NCBI GenBank assembly: GCA_965243045.1
Contig: CBDETR010000004.1
Coordinates: 286,301 to 350,300, forward strand
From: Alphaproteobacteria bacterium
Lineage (GTDB): Bacteria; Pseudomonadota; Alphaproteobacteria; JABAAW01; JAHZMA01
Reading direction: 5' to 3'
DNA: 64,000 bases
The notes under the pieces are model-generated. The model ran no database searches, was not told where the DNA came from, and saw nothing but the letters and a program-made list of their open reading frames with translations. Shown in pieces: positions 37,286-46,689 of the stretch. Position 1 is the first letter of the stretch. The number at the start of each line of letters is the position of its first letter. The translations under genes and the position numbers were made by a program.

Positions 37286-37551
37286 TGCTAAGGACTCCTT
37301 AAAATTTATTCCCCTGCTATTTCCACAAATTAATATTTATAAAATTGTGAAAAGTCTATCTACTGAAATAATGGCAAATTTTATGCCAGAAAACAACCCA
37401 AAAAAAACAAATTGCGCCAATCACTTTTATCAAATGATTACATTTAGTTTTAATCAAAGCGTTAAAATAGGTCAAGCCCTATAATTTTATTTTTCATATT
37501 CGTATTTTTAAGTTATAATCGTAAAGAATAGATTAGGAAAAAGGGATTTTT

Positions 37552-38553
37552 TTGACAGCTTCACTCAAACCAATTGCTACTGGAAACATTGATAAAATTA
37601 CATTATTGCTGATTCCGGGTTTTTCTATGTTGCCATTCGCATCATTGGTAGAACCTTTTAGAATGGCAAACCGCCTTGCCGAAAAAGAATTGTACCGCTG
37701 GAAACTTATTTCTAAAGATAGCAATCCCGTATTCTCATCAAGCAATATTCCTATTGCTGTTCATGGCTCCATAGAAGATGATGAACCCATTGATAATTTA
37801 TTCGTCTGTAGTGGGGTGAATATCCATTTCTTTGATGATAAACCGACATTAAGCTTTATTCAACGTATCGGACGCAGTCATAATTATATTGGTTCTGTTT
37901 GCACAGGCAGTTATGTGTTGGCACGTGCGGGGGTTTTGGCTGGTTATCGTTGCACCATTCATTGGGAAAATTTAGATAGTTTTCGCGAAAACTTTCCTGA
38001 ATTAGATGCGCGTGCCACCCTTTATGAATGTGACCGAAATCGCCTGACTTGTTGCGGTTCAACCGCTGCGTTTGAAATGATTACCAACATTATCAGTAAC
38101 AAACATGGCTCCGACCTTGCCAATGCAATTTGCGAACAATTTATCCATGAAAAAAACCGTCAAACGGATGAAAATAACATTTTACCCTTGCGTGTACGTT
38201 TGCAAATTAACCATCCAAAGCTTCTTAAAGCCATTAGTGCTATGGAAGATAATTGCGAAAAAACCATTTCACGCGAGGAAATTGCTGCGATTGCAGGCAC
38301 CTCATGTCGCCAATTAGAACGCTTATTCTACCAACATCTTGCCATCAGCCCAAGACGCTATTATCTTAAATTACGCTTAGACCGTTCTAAAAGATTGCTA
38401 CAGCAAACCAATCTTTCTATTGCTGAAATCGCCTTTGCGTGCGGTTTTAATACAGCATCACATTTTTCCCGCTGTTTCCGTACCATCTATGGTTTCACAC
38501 CTAGAAATGACCGTAACAATCATCGCAATAGTCTAAATGATATGCCATCTTAA
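37552..38553 (+). CDS. GlxA-type transcriptional regulator (DJ-1/PfpI-like domain plus AraC HTH)
   Basis: 'ITLLLIPGFSMLPFASLVEPFRMAN' and 'IGSVCTGSYVLARAGVL' form the DJ-1-like domain. The C-terminal AraC HTH is 'IAEIAFACGFNTASHFSRCFRTIYGFTPR'. The start is TTG. Confidence 0.8.
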   Translation: MTASLKPIATGNIDKITLLLIPGFSMLPFASLVEPFRMANRLAEKELYRWKLISKDSNPVFSSSNIPIAVHGSIEDDEPIDNLFVCSGVNIHFFDDKPTLSFIQRIGRSHNYIGSVCTGSYVLARAGVLAGYRCTIHWENLDSFRENFPELDARATLYECDRNRLTCCGSTAAFEMITNIISNKHGSDLANAICEQFIHEKNRQTDENNILPLRVRLQINHPKLLKAISAMEDNCEKTISREEIAAIAGTSCRQLERLFYQHLAISPRRYYLKLRLDRSKRLLQQTNLSIAEIAFACGFNTASHFSRCFRTIYGFTPRNDRNNHRNSLNDMPS

Positions 38554-38573
38554 AAATTATTCTTAAAAAACTG

Positions 38574-38610
38574 TTATTTTATTGACTAGAATAAAATAAT
38601 TATCGATACT
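38574..38610 (+). promoter_or_regulatory. Perfect 10-bp inverted repeat overlapping a candidate promoter of the formate dehydrogenase gene
   Basis: TTATTTTATT-gactag-AATAAAATAA (38574-38599). TTGACT (38582-38587), a 17-nt spacer and GATACT (38605-38610) form the candidate promoter. Confidence 0.3.
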
Positions 38611-38641
38611 GCCATCAGCACATTAATCATTAGGAATAAAA

Positions 38642-41389
38642 ATGAAAAAATCTTTTAATATCACCCTTAACAATGAAACAATAGAAGCCTTTGAAGATGA
38701 AACCATTTGGCAGGTGGCACAAAGGCAAGGGATAGAAATTCCGCATCTATGCTATTCACCTAAAGTAGATTACCCCTCTGATGGAAATTGCCGTGCCTGT
38801 ATGGTAGAAGTTGAAGGCGAGCGCGTCTTAGCCGCTTCATGTATCCGCAAAGCACAAGAAGGAATGGTTGTTAATTCTGTTTCTGAACGGGCAGAAAAAT
38901 CACGCAAGATGGTGTTTGAATTGTTACTTTCTGACCAACCGGAACGCGAGAAAAACCATCATCATGATGCGCCTCTTTGGCAATGGGTGAATAAAATTGG
39001 AATGGTAGAGCCGCGCTTTGATGGTAAGGAAACTCCTGAATGCGACCTTTCGCATCCTGCGATGGCAGTGAATCTAGATGCATGTATTAATTGCACCCTT
39101 TGTGTGCGTGCCTGCCGTGATATACAGGTGAATGATGTAATTGGTATGGGTTATCGTGGTAAAAATGCAAAAATTATTTTTGATTTTGATGATGAGATGG
39201 GAAGTTCTACCTGCGTTGCTTGCGGGGAATGTGTGCAAGCCTGTCCAACAGGCGCGCTCATGCCTAAAACGATGGTCAATGATGAGCAAATTTATCAAGG
39301 TGCCGCTGATAAAACCATCAATAGCCTATGCCCTTATTGTGGGGTAGGTTGCCAAACTGAAATTCATGTGAAAGATAATAAAATTGTGAAAGTAGATGGG
39401 CGCGAAGGTCCTGCCAACCGCAATCGCCTATGTGTGAAGGGTAGGTTCGGTTTAGATTATACGCATCACCCCCATCGTTTAACAAAACCATTAATACGCA
39501 GAGATGATGTGCCAAAAAAATGGGATGACCAGATTGACCCTGCCAATCCTTATACACATTTCCGTGAAGCCGAATGGGATGAAGCATTAACATTTGTTGG
39601 CAAAGGATTTACAAAAATTCTCAATAAACATGGCAATGGCTCCTTAGCAGGATTTGGTTCGGCAAAAGGTTCTAATGAAGAGGCTTATCTGTTTCAAAAA
39701 TTAATTCGTACAGGCTTCCGTACCAACAATGTTGACCATTGTACAAGGCTATGCCATGCCTCATCCGTGGCAGCTTTGATTGAAGGAATTGGCTCGGGTG
39801 CAGTGACAGCCCCATTTACTGCCGCCAAAGATAGTGATTGCATCATTGTAATCGGCGCGCGCCCTACTGAAAATCACCCCGTTGCAGCAACATTTTTCAA
39901 AAATGCTGTCAAACAAGGGAAGAAATTAATTGTGCTTGACCCGCGCGGGCAAGGGCTTGTTCGTCATGCGTGGCGTCATCTGCAATTTAAAGCGGGTACA
40001 GATGTATCGTTACTCAATGCCATTATCTACACAATCATTGAAGAAAATCTGGTTGACCATGATTATATCACCAAAATGTGTGAAGATTATGATGCTATCA
40101 AAGAAAATATCAAGCAATTTCCACCTGAAAAAATGGCTGGCATTTGTGGTATTGAAGCAGATGCCATTCGCGATGTGGCACGCGCTTTTGCAAATTGCAA
40201 AAATGGTATTATTTTCTGGGGCATGGGTGTCTCGCAACATGTGCATGGCACGGATAACAACCGTTCGCTGATAACATTGGCTGCCATTACAGGCAATATC
40301 GGGCGTGAAGGTGCAGGTTTGCATCCGTTGCGCGGACAAAATAATGTGCAAGGCGCATCAGATGTTGGCTTAATCCCAATCATGTATCCGGATTATCAAT
40401 CGGTTGAGAATCCAGATGTAAAAGCAAAATTTGAAAAATTTTGGGATACAACATTAGACCCCAAACGCGGTTTAACTGTGGTGGAAATTATTGATGCTAT
40501 TTTGGCAGATACCGTAAAAGGCATGTATATTATGGGCGAAAATCCTGCCATGTCTGACCCTGATACCACCCATGCCCGTAAAGCATTGGCAAAATTAGAC
40601 CATTTGGTGGTGCAGGAAATTTTCTTAACGGAAACCGCTTATCATGCCGATGTTATTTTACCAGCAAGTGCTTTTGCCGAAAAATTAGGCAGTTTTACCA
40701 ATACCAACCGTCAAGTGCAAATGGCACGCCCTGCGATTGAAATGGCACAAGGCGTCCGTCAAGATTGGATTATTATTCAAGCGATTGCCCAGCATATTGG
40801 ACTTAATTGGAACTATCAAGGGGTGCATGAAGTGTTTGCCGAAATGCGTGAAATCATGCCATCGATTGCCGGCATTAGCTGGAAGCGTTTAGAACGTGAA
40901 GATGCAGTCACCTACCCATGCGCGCATGAAGATGAGCCGGGCGAGGCAATTATTTTTGGTGATGGTTTCCCAACCCAATCAGGCAAAGTAAAATTAGTGC
41001 CAACCAATATTGTCCCCCCTGATGAAGTGCCCGATACAGACTATCCTTATATTTTAACAACAGGGCGCATGTTAGAACATTGGCACACAGGTGCCATGAC
41101 CCGCCGTGCAGCAGTGTTAGATGCGGTAGAGCCTGCGGCAGTCGCACATTTGAACCCGAAAGAATTACAAAAATTAGGCGTGACCCCGGGGAATAAAGTG
41201 CGGGTAAGCACCAGACGTGGCATGTTAGAATTAATGGCGCGCGCCGACCGTGATGTTGCCGATGGTATGATATTCATTCCGTTCTGCTTTGCTGAAAGCC
41301 CTGCCAATATGCTGACCAATCCAAAATTAGACCCTTATGGCAAAATCCCTGAATTCAAATTTTGTGCTGCCCATATTGTTGCCACGTAA
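38642..41389 (+). CDS. Formate dehydrogenase alpha subunit (NuoG-like 2Fe-2S/4Fe-4S N-terminus plus molybdopterin domain), Cys-type
   Basis: 'CRACMVEV' is the 2Fe-2S motif. 'CINCTLCVRAC' and 'CVACGECVQACP' are ferredoxin motifs, and 'CPYCGVGC' is the MopB cluster. 'VDHCTRLCHASSV' is the active-site context, with Cys where Sec enzymes carry U. Confidence 0.9.
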   Translation: MKKSFNITLNNETIEAFEDETIWQVAQRQGIEIPHLCYSPKVDYPSDGNCRACMVEVEGERVLAASCIRKAQEGMVVNSVSERAEKSRKMVFELLLSDQPEREKNHHHDAPLWQWVNKIGMVEPRFDGKETPECDLSHPAMAVNLDACINCTLCVRACRDIQVNDVIGMGYRGKNAKIIFDFDDEMGSSTCVACGECVQACPTGALMPKTMVNDEQIYQGAADKTINSLCPYCGVGCQTEIHVKDNKIVKVDGREGPANRNRLCVKGRFGLDYTHHPHRLTKPLIRRDDVPKKWDDQIDPANPYTHFREAEWDEALTFVGKGFTKILNKHGNGSLAGFGSAKGSNEEAYLFQKLIRTGFRTNNVDHCTRLCHASSVAALIEGIGSGAVTAPFTAAKDSDCIIVIGARPTENHPVAATFFKNAVKQGKKLIVLDPRGQGLVRHAWRHLQFKAGTDVSLLNAIIYTIIEENLVDHDYITKMCEDYDAIKENIKQFPPEKMAGICGIEADAIRDVARAFANCKNGIIFWGMGVSQHVHGTDNNRSLITLAAITGNIGREGAGLHPLRGQNNVQGASDVGLIPIMYPDYQSVENPDVKAKFEKFWDTTLDPKRGLTVVEIIDAILADTVKGMYIMGENPAMSDPDTTHARKALAKLDHLVVQEIFLTETAYHADVILPASAFAEKLGSFTNTNRQVQMARPAIEMAQGVRQDWIIIQAIAQHIGLNWNYQGVHEVFAEMREIMPSIAGISWKRLEREDAVTYPCAHEDEPGEAIIFGDGFPTQSGKVKLVPTNIVPPDEVPDTDYPYILTTGRMLEHWHTGAMTRRAAVLDAVEPAAVAHLNPKELQKLGVTPGNKVRVSTRRGMLELMARADRDVADGMIFIPFCFAESPANMLTNPKLDPYGKIPEFKFCAAHIVAT

Positions 41390-41391
41390 AT

Positions 41392-42288
41392 ATGAGTTTT
41401 ATTCTTCGTTTCTCGATTGCTGAAGCCGATTGCGATACTGTGCTTAAAGCATTTGCGAATGATTTTCCCAATTCTTCTATTTTCAGAGGCTCCGAAAATA
41501 TCTGGCATTATCAAGCTTTTTGCGATGAAGCACCCAATAAAGGGTTGATTGAATCGCTTCATTCGCTTGCCATGCTCAGTTGTGGCAATCATTCATCAGC
41601 CTTGCATTATCATATTGAAACATTGCCCGATAAAAATTGGTTAGAAGAAAATATGAAGATGATACGCCCTTTCACCATCGATAGGTTTTTTATTGTTCCG
41701 GGGGGCGGGCAAATTAAAACACAAGATTTCACCCATCGCCCAATGATTAAAATTAGTGGGTCACTCGCTTTTGGCACAGGCAAACATGCCACCACGCAAT
41801 TATGCATCAAAATTTTAACCATGCTTGCCAAGAAACATGCCCCACAATATAGACGTTATAATCCTATTAATCATATTTTAGATATGGGCTGTGGCACAAA
41901 TATTTTAGGCTTAACTGCCGCCCATCTGTTCAAACAAAGCCATATCACCGCGATTGATATCGCCAAAGAAGCCGTTATCATCAGCAAAGAAAACAGCATG
42001 ATTAATCATATGGCGCATCGATTTGATATTCATCAATCAGATAGTCCTTTTATGCCTTACCGCAGATCTTATCAACTTATCATTGCCAATATTTTAGCAG
42101 AACCACTCAGCCAAATGCGCCTGCCTTTTGCAAAAATTCTTGCCCCTAAAGGCTATTTACTGCTTTCAGGTTTGCTGGTAAAACAACAATCATTTCTGCA
42201 TCATGCCTTTCAAAAAAAATTCAAACTTTTGCAACAATATCAGCAAAATGATTGGATGGCACAGCTTTACCAAAGAAAACCATCATGA
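41392..42288 (+). CDS. prmA: Ribosomal protein L11 methyltransferase
   Basis: 'FGTGKHATTQLC' and 'ILDMGCGTNILGLTAA' are PrmA motifs. The Met at 41392 avoids overlap with the upstream gene. Confidence 0.75.
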   Translation: MSFILRFSIAEADCDTVLKAFANDFPNSSIFRGSENIWHYQAFCDEAPNKGLIESLHSLAMLSCGNHSSALHYHIETLPDKNWLEENMKMIRPFTIDRFFIVPGGGQIKTQDFTHRPMIKISGSLAFGTGKHATTQLCIKILTMLAKKHAPQYRRYNPINHILDMGCGTNILGLTAAHLFKQSHITAIDIAKEAVIISKENSMINHMAHRFDIHQSDSPFMPYRRSYQLIIANILAEPLSQMRLPFAKILAPKGYLLLSGLLVKQQSFLHHAFQKKFKLLQQYQQNDWMAQLYQRKPS

Positions 42289-44234
42289 CAAGCACATTGA
42301 TTCATCAAATTTGCGCCTCTCGCCCTGATTTAACGTGCCGCGAACCAGAAGATATTTTTGCCAAGCTTGGCATTCCCTTTCATGCAGAAAATCAAAAAAT
42401 CTATGATGATTACCTTCATTGGCTAAAACAAGAGCCTGATACAAATAAAGCCACCTATACGCAACGCATCGCGATGATTCAAGAATGGTTGGTGAGTGAG
42501 AATTTAACATATTTTTTATTGCCACGTGCTGACCGCTATAATCAGGAATTTCTACCTGCTTGCAATGAACGTATCCTATGGCTAACAGGTTTTTCAGGCA
42601 GTAGTGGCTTTGTTTGTATCAGTGCAAATGAATGCGTGTTATTTAGCGATTCTCGCTATACAATTCAAATGCAACAACAAACCCCCGAACATGTGATTTG
42701 CCATGATGGTTCAAAATCCAATATAGAAGACTATTTACAAGACCATGTCCAATCAGGGGAACGCGTTGGTTTTCCCAAATGGCAATTATCCATCGATATG
42801 CACGAAAAAATTTCTAAAATTATCACCAAAAATAATGCAATATTAGAAGGTTTTATTGACAATCCGATTGATATTTTTTGGCAAAATCGCCCTGCGGAAC
42901 CTTTGTCATTGCCTCATATTATGGATGAAAAATATTCAGGAAAAACAGCATCAAAAAAAATAAAACAGCTACGCAATCAATTACATGAGCATCATGCCAA
43001 TGAAACATTTATTAGCGCAAATTTTATCAGCGACCTAAGCATGATTGCATGGCTGTTAAACATACGTGGCAGTGATATTTATTATGCGCCAGTGAATATT
43101 GCCATGCTGATTATCACGCAACAAAACGCAAATTTATTCATCAATCAATCTAAAATAACTCCTGAAATCAAACAATATCTGGATACGCATTTCATCACAT
43201 GTTATCCGATAAAACATCTTATCGGTTTTATGGCGCAATTAAAGCAAGAAACCTGCCTGATGGATGGTAAAAAAACGCCTTTCTATATTAAAGAGTTATT
43301 TGAAAATCACGAACTATCTTTTATCATTGCCGACCAACCCATGCAAAAGCAACGGGCGATAAAAAATGAAGAAGAAAGTAATGCCATCCGTGATGCCCAT
43401 ATTGCCGATGGGGTGGCTATGGTAAAGTTTTTACATTGGTTAGAACAACAACCCACAACAGATGAGTTAACAATCGCCGAAACATTAGAGAAATTTCGCC
43501 AGCAACATTCCTTTTATCGGGGGGCAAGCTTTGCCACCATTGCCGCCTTTGCAGAACATGGTGCCATTGTGCATTACCATAGCAATACGCAAACAAATTA
43601 CCGCGCCAATCAACAGAATGGTTGCTTATTGTTGCTGGATTCAGGCGGACATTACATCAATGGTACCACCGATATTACCCGCACAATTCCCTATGGAAAA
43701 ATTGATAATGCGTTGATAATGCGCGATTATACGCTTGTGCTAAAAGCTCATATCAACCTTGCCATGCAACATTTTCCTTATGGCACGAATGGTGGGCAGC
43801 TTGATGCCATTTGCCGTGCGCCACTTTGGCAATATCAGTGTCATTATCGGCATGGCACAGGGCATGGGGTGGGCATGTATTTAGATGTGCATGAAGGACC
43901 TTGTCATATCTCACCCAATATGGATATGGCACTTGAAGAGGGTATGATATTTTCTAATGAACCGGGACATTATCAAGAAAATGCCTATGGTATTCGAATA
44001 GAAAATTTAATTCTCACAAAAAGCAATGGCGATATTAATGATACATGGCTTCATTTTGAAACAATTACCTTATGCCCCATTAACCTTGACCTCATCGATA
44101 AAAATCTTCTTAATGCTTCGGAAATAACATGGCTGAATCATTATCACCAAATGGTATGGCAAAAATTATCGCCTTATTTTGATGATGATAATCTACGCCA
44201 ATGGTTGAAAAATGCCACCCGTAATGTGGGATAA
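42285..44234 (+). CDS. Aminopeptidase P family (M24B) Xaa-Pro aminopeptidase, long form
   Basis: The metal-ligand contexts 'LLDSGGHY..GTTDITRT', 'HGTGHGVG' and 'SNEPGHY...IRIEN' are present, plus an M24 C-terminal extension. The start overlaps the prmA stop as ATGA. Confidence 0.85.
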   Translation: MTSTLIHQICASRPDLTCREPEDIFAKLGIPFHAENQKIYDDYLHWLKQEPDTNKATYTQRIAMIQEWLVSENLTYFLLPRADRYNQEFLPACNERILWLTGFSGSSGFVCISANECVLFSDSRYTIQMQQQTPEHVICHDGSKSNIEDYLQDHVQSGERVGFPKWQLSIDMHEKISKIITKNNAILEGFIDNPIDIFWQNRPAEPLSLPHIMDEKYSGKTASKKIKQLRNQLHEHHANETFISANFISDLSMIAWLLNIRGSDIYYAPVNIAMLIITQQNANLFINQSKITPEIKQYLDTHFITCYPIKHLIGFMAQLKQETCLMDGKKTPFYIKELFENHELSFIIADQPMQKQRAIKNEEESNAIRDAHIADGVAMVKFLHWLEQQPTTDELTIAETLEKFRQQHSFYRGASFATIAAFAEHGAIVHYHSNTQTNYRANQQNGCLLLLDSGGHYINGTTDITRTIPYGKIDNALIMRDYTLVLKAHINLAMQHFPYGTNGGQLDAICRAPLWQYQCHYRHGTGHGVGMYLDVHEGPCHISPNMDMALEEGMIFSNEPGHYQENAYGIRIENLILTKSNGDINDTWLHFETITLCPINLDLIDKNLLNASEITWLNHYHQMVWQKLSPYFDDDNLRQWLKNATRNVG

Positions 44235-45637
44235 TATTGCTCAAATAAAAACAGCATCGCTAGTAAAATAGTTGGAAAAATTGCCACTGTATAGCGTTGT
44301 GAGGCGATATTAAAAATCGCAACTGCCAATAAATAACCGTGGGGCAGAAAGCTTAAAAAAATGGCACAGCCTAAAGCATTGGATAAAGGCGTTGTTCTAT
44401 GACGCCATAAATAAAACTGCCATCTATAGAATTGATACAATAATAATCCAAAAGAAATCACCCCCATTAGCAAAAATAATAATAAAATTGGCGTTATCAA
44501 AACATAGCTTTTCTCAATCTGATAAAAGTAAATCTTGGCAAGTTTTTCAAAATCATTGCCCGCAATATTTGAAAATAATGAATGAATGGTTTGTTCATAA
44601 ATAGGTTGAAAAAACACACTATATTCAGGCAATATCAACCACCCTTGTAGATAGTGGCATAATGTGATTTTTCCCCATTCCAACGGATGCGTACGTAAAA
44701 TATCTTGTGATATTTTAGCAATGGAAGCTTTATCAAGCTTTGATTGCCTGAAATGTCCATGCTGAAAATAAACTTCTAAAAAAGGTCCTGCTTTGGTAAA
44801 GCAACTCCCTGAGAATGTTTTTGTTACCGCTGAAAAAACTTGTGCTTCTGTTGCAAAATCAGATGCCAAATCATAGTTTGGATGAGTATCCGCAAGCAAA
44901 TTATCAGCATCAATATGGCTTGCCATCACCCCTGCTTTTCCTATCATATGAGTGGCAAGAATCGAAAGATTTTCTTGGCTTGGCTTGCCATGATACCAAT
45001 CATGTGCGCCTCGTTCAGCTATCATTACAGTAACAATCATCACACAAGCAGTGATTAATTTTTTTATGGATAATTCTGGAGTTCTGCCATGCAATAGATA
45101 AAGAATAATGAGCATCGGTAACAACACAATACCAATGGGGCGCAATAAAATAGCCAATGCAATCACCACAATGAAATCGTAATTATATTTCTTCTGATGA
45201 TAGGCTTTTATCAACTGTGCTGAAAAAATAATGAGTAGGCTATAAAATAGTGAATCCGTTAAAATCGCATAATGATACGCGAAATTAACAGGATTCAAAA
45301 AAATGACCAACCATACCAGTAAAAACGCCCATTTTATCTTAAAATAACACCTGCCAACCTGCCATAAATAAGCACAGGCTAAAACATGCACCAAATGTTG
45401 GATGATAAAAATCTTTTCATAAGCACCAAATAAATATTTGATGATACTCAAAATAACCGGATATAATAACGGACGAAAAGCAGAAAAATTTGCGTAAGTT
45501 CCTGAATCATCAAACCAATAAGCAACCTTAAAAGGCATAAATTGTAAATCATTCGGGCTAAGCACAAAACCGCAGATATAATAAAATAGCAACAACCAAA
45601 AAATTACTGATTGATAAAACCGATTATTTTGTTTCAT
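44174..45637 (-). CDS. Polytopic membrane protein, probable GT-C-type glycosyltransferase (GtrC/ArnT-like partner of the adjacent GT2)
   Basis: About 8 N-terminal TM helices, a central soluble segment and C-terminal TM helices. The gene overlaps the upstream GtrB-like gene by 14 nt. The assignment rests on architecture and context only. Confidence 0.45.
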   Translation of the reverse strand: MKQNNRFYQSVIFWLLLFYYICGFVLSPNDLQFMPFKVAYWFDDSGTYANFSAFRPLLYPVILSIIKYLFGAYEKIFIIQHLVHVLACAYLWQVGRCYFKIKWAFLLVWLVIFLNPVNFAYHYAILTDSLFYSLLIIFSAQLIKAYHQKKYNYDFIVVIALAILLRPIGIVLLPMLIILYLLHGRTPELSIKKLITACVMIVTVMIAERGAHDWYHGKPSQENLSILATHMIGKAGVMASHIDADNLLADTHPNYDLASDFATEAQVFSAVTKTFSGSCFTKAGPFLEVYFQHGHFRQSKLDKASIAKISQDILRTHPLEWGKITLCHYLQGWLILPEYSVFFQPIYEQTIHSLFSNIAGNDFEKLAKIYFYQIEKSYVLITPILLLFLLMGVISFGLLLYQFYRWQFYLWRHRTTPLSNALGCAIFLSFLPHGYLLAVAIFNIASQRYTVAIFPTILLAMLFLFEQYYPTLRVAFFNHWRRLSSSK

Positions 45638-46559
45638 AACCGTTAAATTGTTGCATCATTCCTGTTAAATTACGGCGCGCCAAACTATCTAAAATCAAGC
45701 CTGTAAATAACGAAAAAATTGAAAGCATTAAGAAGAAAACACTTGCCACGAATGTCGGTATTTTAGGCACCAATCCAGTTGCTTGAAACTCTAAATAAAT
45801 AGGAACAAACAACACCACAAACAATAATCCAAAAACACTGGCAATCATTGAGAATAATAATAATGGTTTATAATCCTTAAATAACCGCAACATTAATATC
45901 AAAATTTTTGTGCCATCACGATATGTGCGTAATTTACTACTGGTTTCACCCTTACGAGCATAATAAATAGTATCAATTTCAGCAAAATTTATTTTTAAGG
46001 TAAGCGCGTAAATTGTTAGCTCTGTTTCAATTTCAAAACCATTGCTGATTGAAGGAAATGTTTTCACAAATCGTTTAGAAAAAACACGATATCCTGATAA
46101 AATATCCGTAAAACTTTTACCAAAAAACAATCCTGCTACAAACGTAATCAGACGGTTGCCAAAAACATGCCCCGGACGATAGGTTTTTTCATTCTCAGCA
46201 TCTATTCTTTTGCCAACAACCATATCATAGCCTGCCATACAAACCTCAAGCATCTGAACCACCTTATCGGCGTCATAAGTGCCATCACCATCAGTCATCA
46301 CGTAATAATCGGCATCAATATCCCTAAACATACGCCTAACAACATTGCCTTTGCCCTGATATTTTTCTGTTCGTACAATCGCACCGGCATCTAAAGCTTC
46401 AGCCATAGTTCCATCAGATGAATTATTGTCATAAACATAAATATCAGCCTGCGGTAATTTTTCTTTGAATGTTTTTACCACATCGCCTATAGCGCCTTGT
46501 TCATTATAACACGGTAATAAAATAGCAATCTTTGCCAATGATATATTATTGATGGGCAT
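45624..46559 (-). CDS. GtrB/ArnC-like polyprenyl-phosphate glycosyltransferase (GT2 with two C-terminal TM helices)
   Basis: 'IAILLPCYNEQGAI', 'VYDNNSSDGT' and 'MTDGDGTYD', followed by two C-terminal hydrophobic helices. Confidence 0.8.
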   Translation of the reverse strand: MPINNISLAKIAILLPCYNEQGAIGDVVKTFKEKLPQADIYVYDNNSSDGTMAEALDAGAIVRTEKYQGKGNVVRRMFRDIDADYYVMTDGDGTYDADKVVQMLEVCMAGYDMVVGKRIDAENEKTYRPGHVFGNRLITFVAGLFFGKSFTDILSGYRVFSKRFVKTFPSISNGFEIETELTIYALTLKINFAEIDTIYYARKGETSSKLRTYRDGTKILILMLRLFKDYKPLLLFSMIASVFGLLFVVLFVPIYLEFQATGLVPKIPTFVASVFFLMLSIFSLFTGLILDSLARRNLTGMMQQFNGYETK

Positions 46560-46689
46560 TATATTTGACCTCGCCCTATTCTATACATAATACCTTTACT
46601 CATCGGGTAATTTATAATTAAAACCCCACCATCGGCTAATATTTTTTTACAAAAAACACACATCATTTCAGAATCCATCTTAAATCTCT

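Noticed and set aside
39740-39760. A possible selenocysteine (in-frame TGA) in the formate dehydrogenase active site.
   Set aside because: The position aligned with Sec in FdhF-type enzymes is a TGC Cys codon (39752-39754), and the ORF has no internal TGA.
40010-40383. Several 70-118-aa ORFs antisense or out of frame within the formate dehydrogenase, the RND pump and the fusion gene (for example 40010-40351, 40087-40383, 12581-12937 and 31697-32254).
   Set aside because: All are nested in long, motif-supported CDSs and have no motifs or RBS of their own. I treat them as frame shadows.
38642-41389. The formate dehydrogenase alpha subunit has no adjacent beta or gamma (NuoF/NuoE-like) subunit genes, which might be an anomaly.
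   Set aside because: Stand-alone NuoG-like/MopB fusion enzymes of this architecture are common (for example YjgC-like proteins), and partner genes may lie elsewhere. This is not evidence of novelty.
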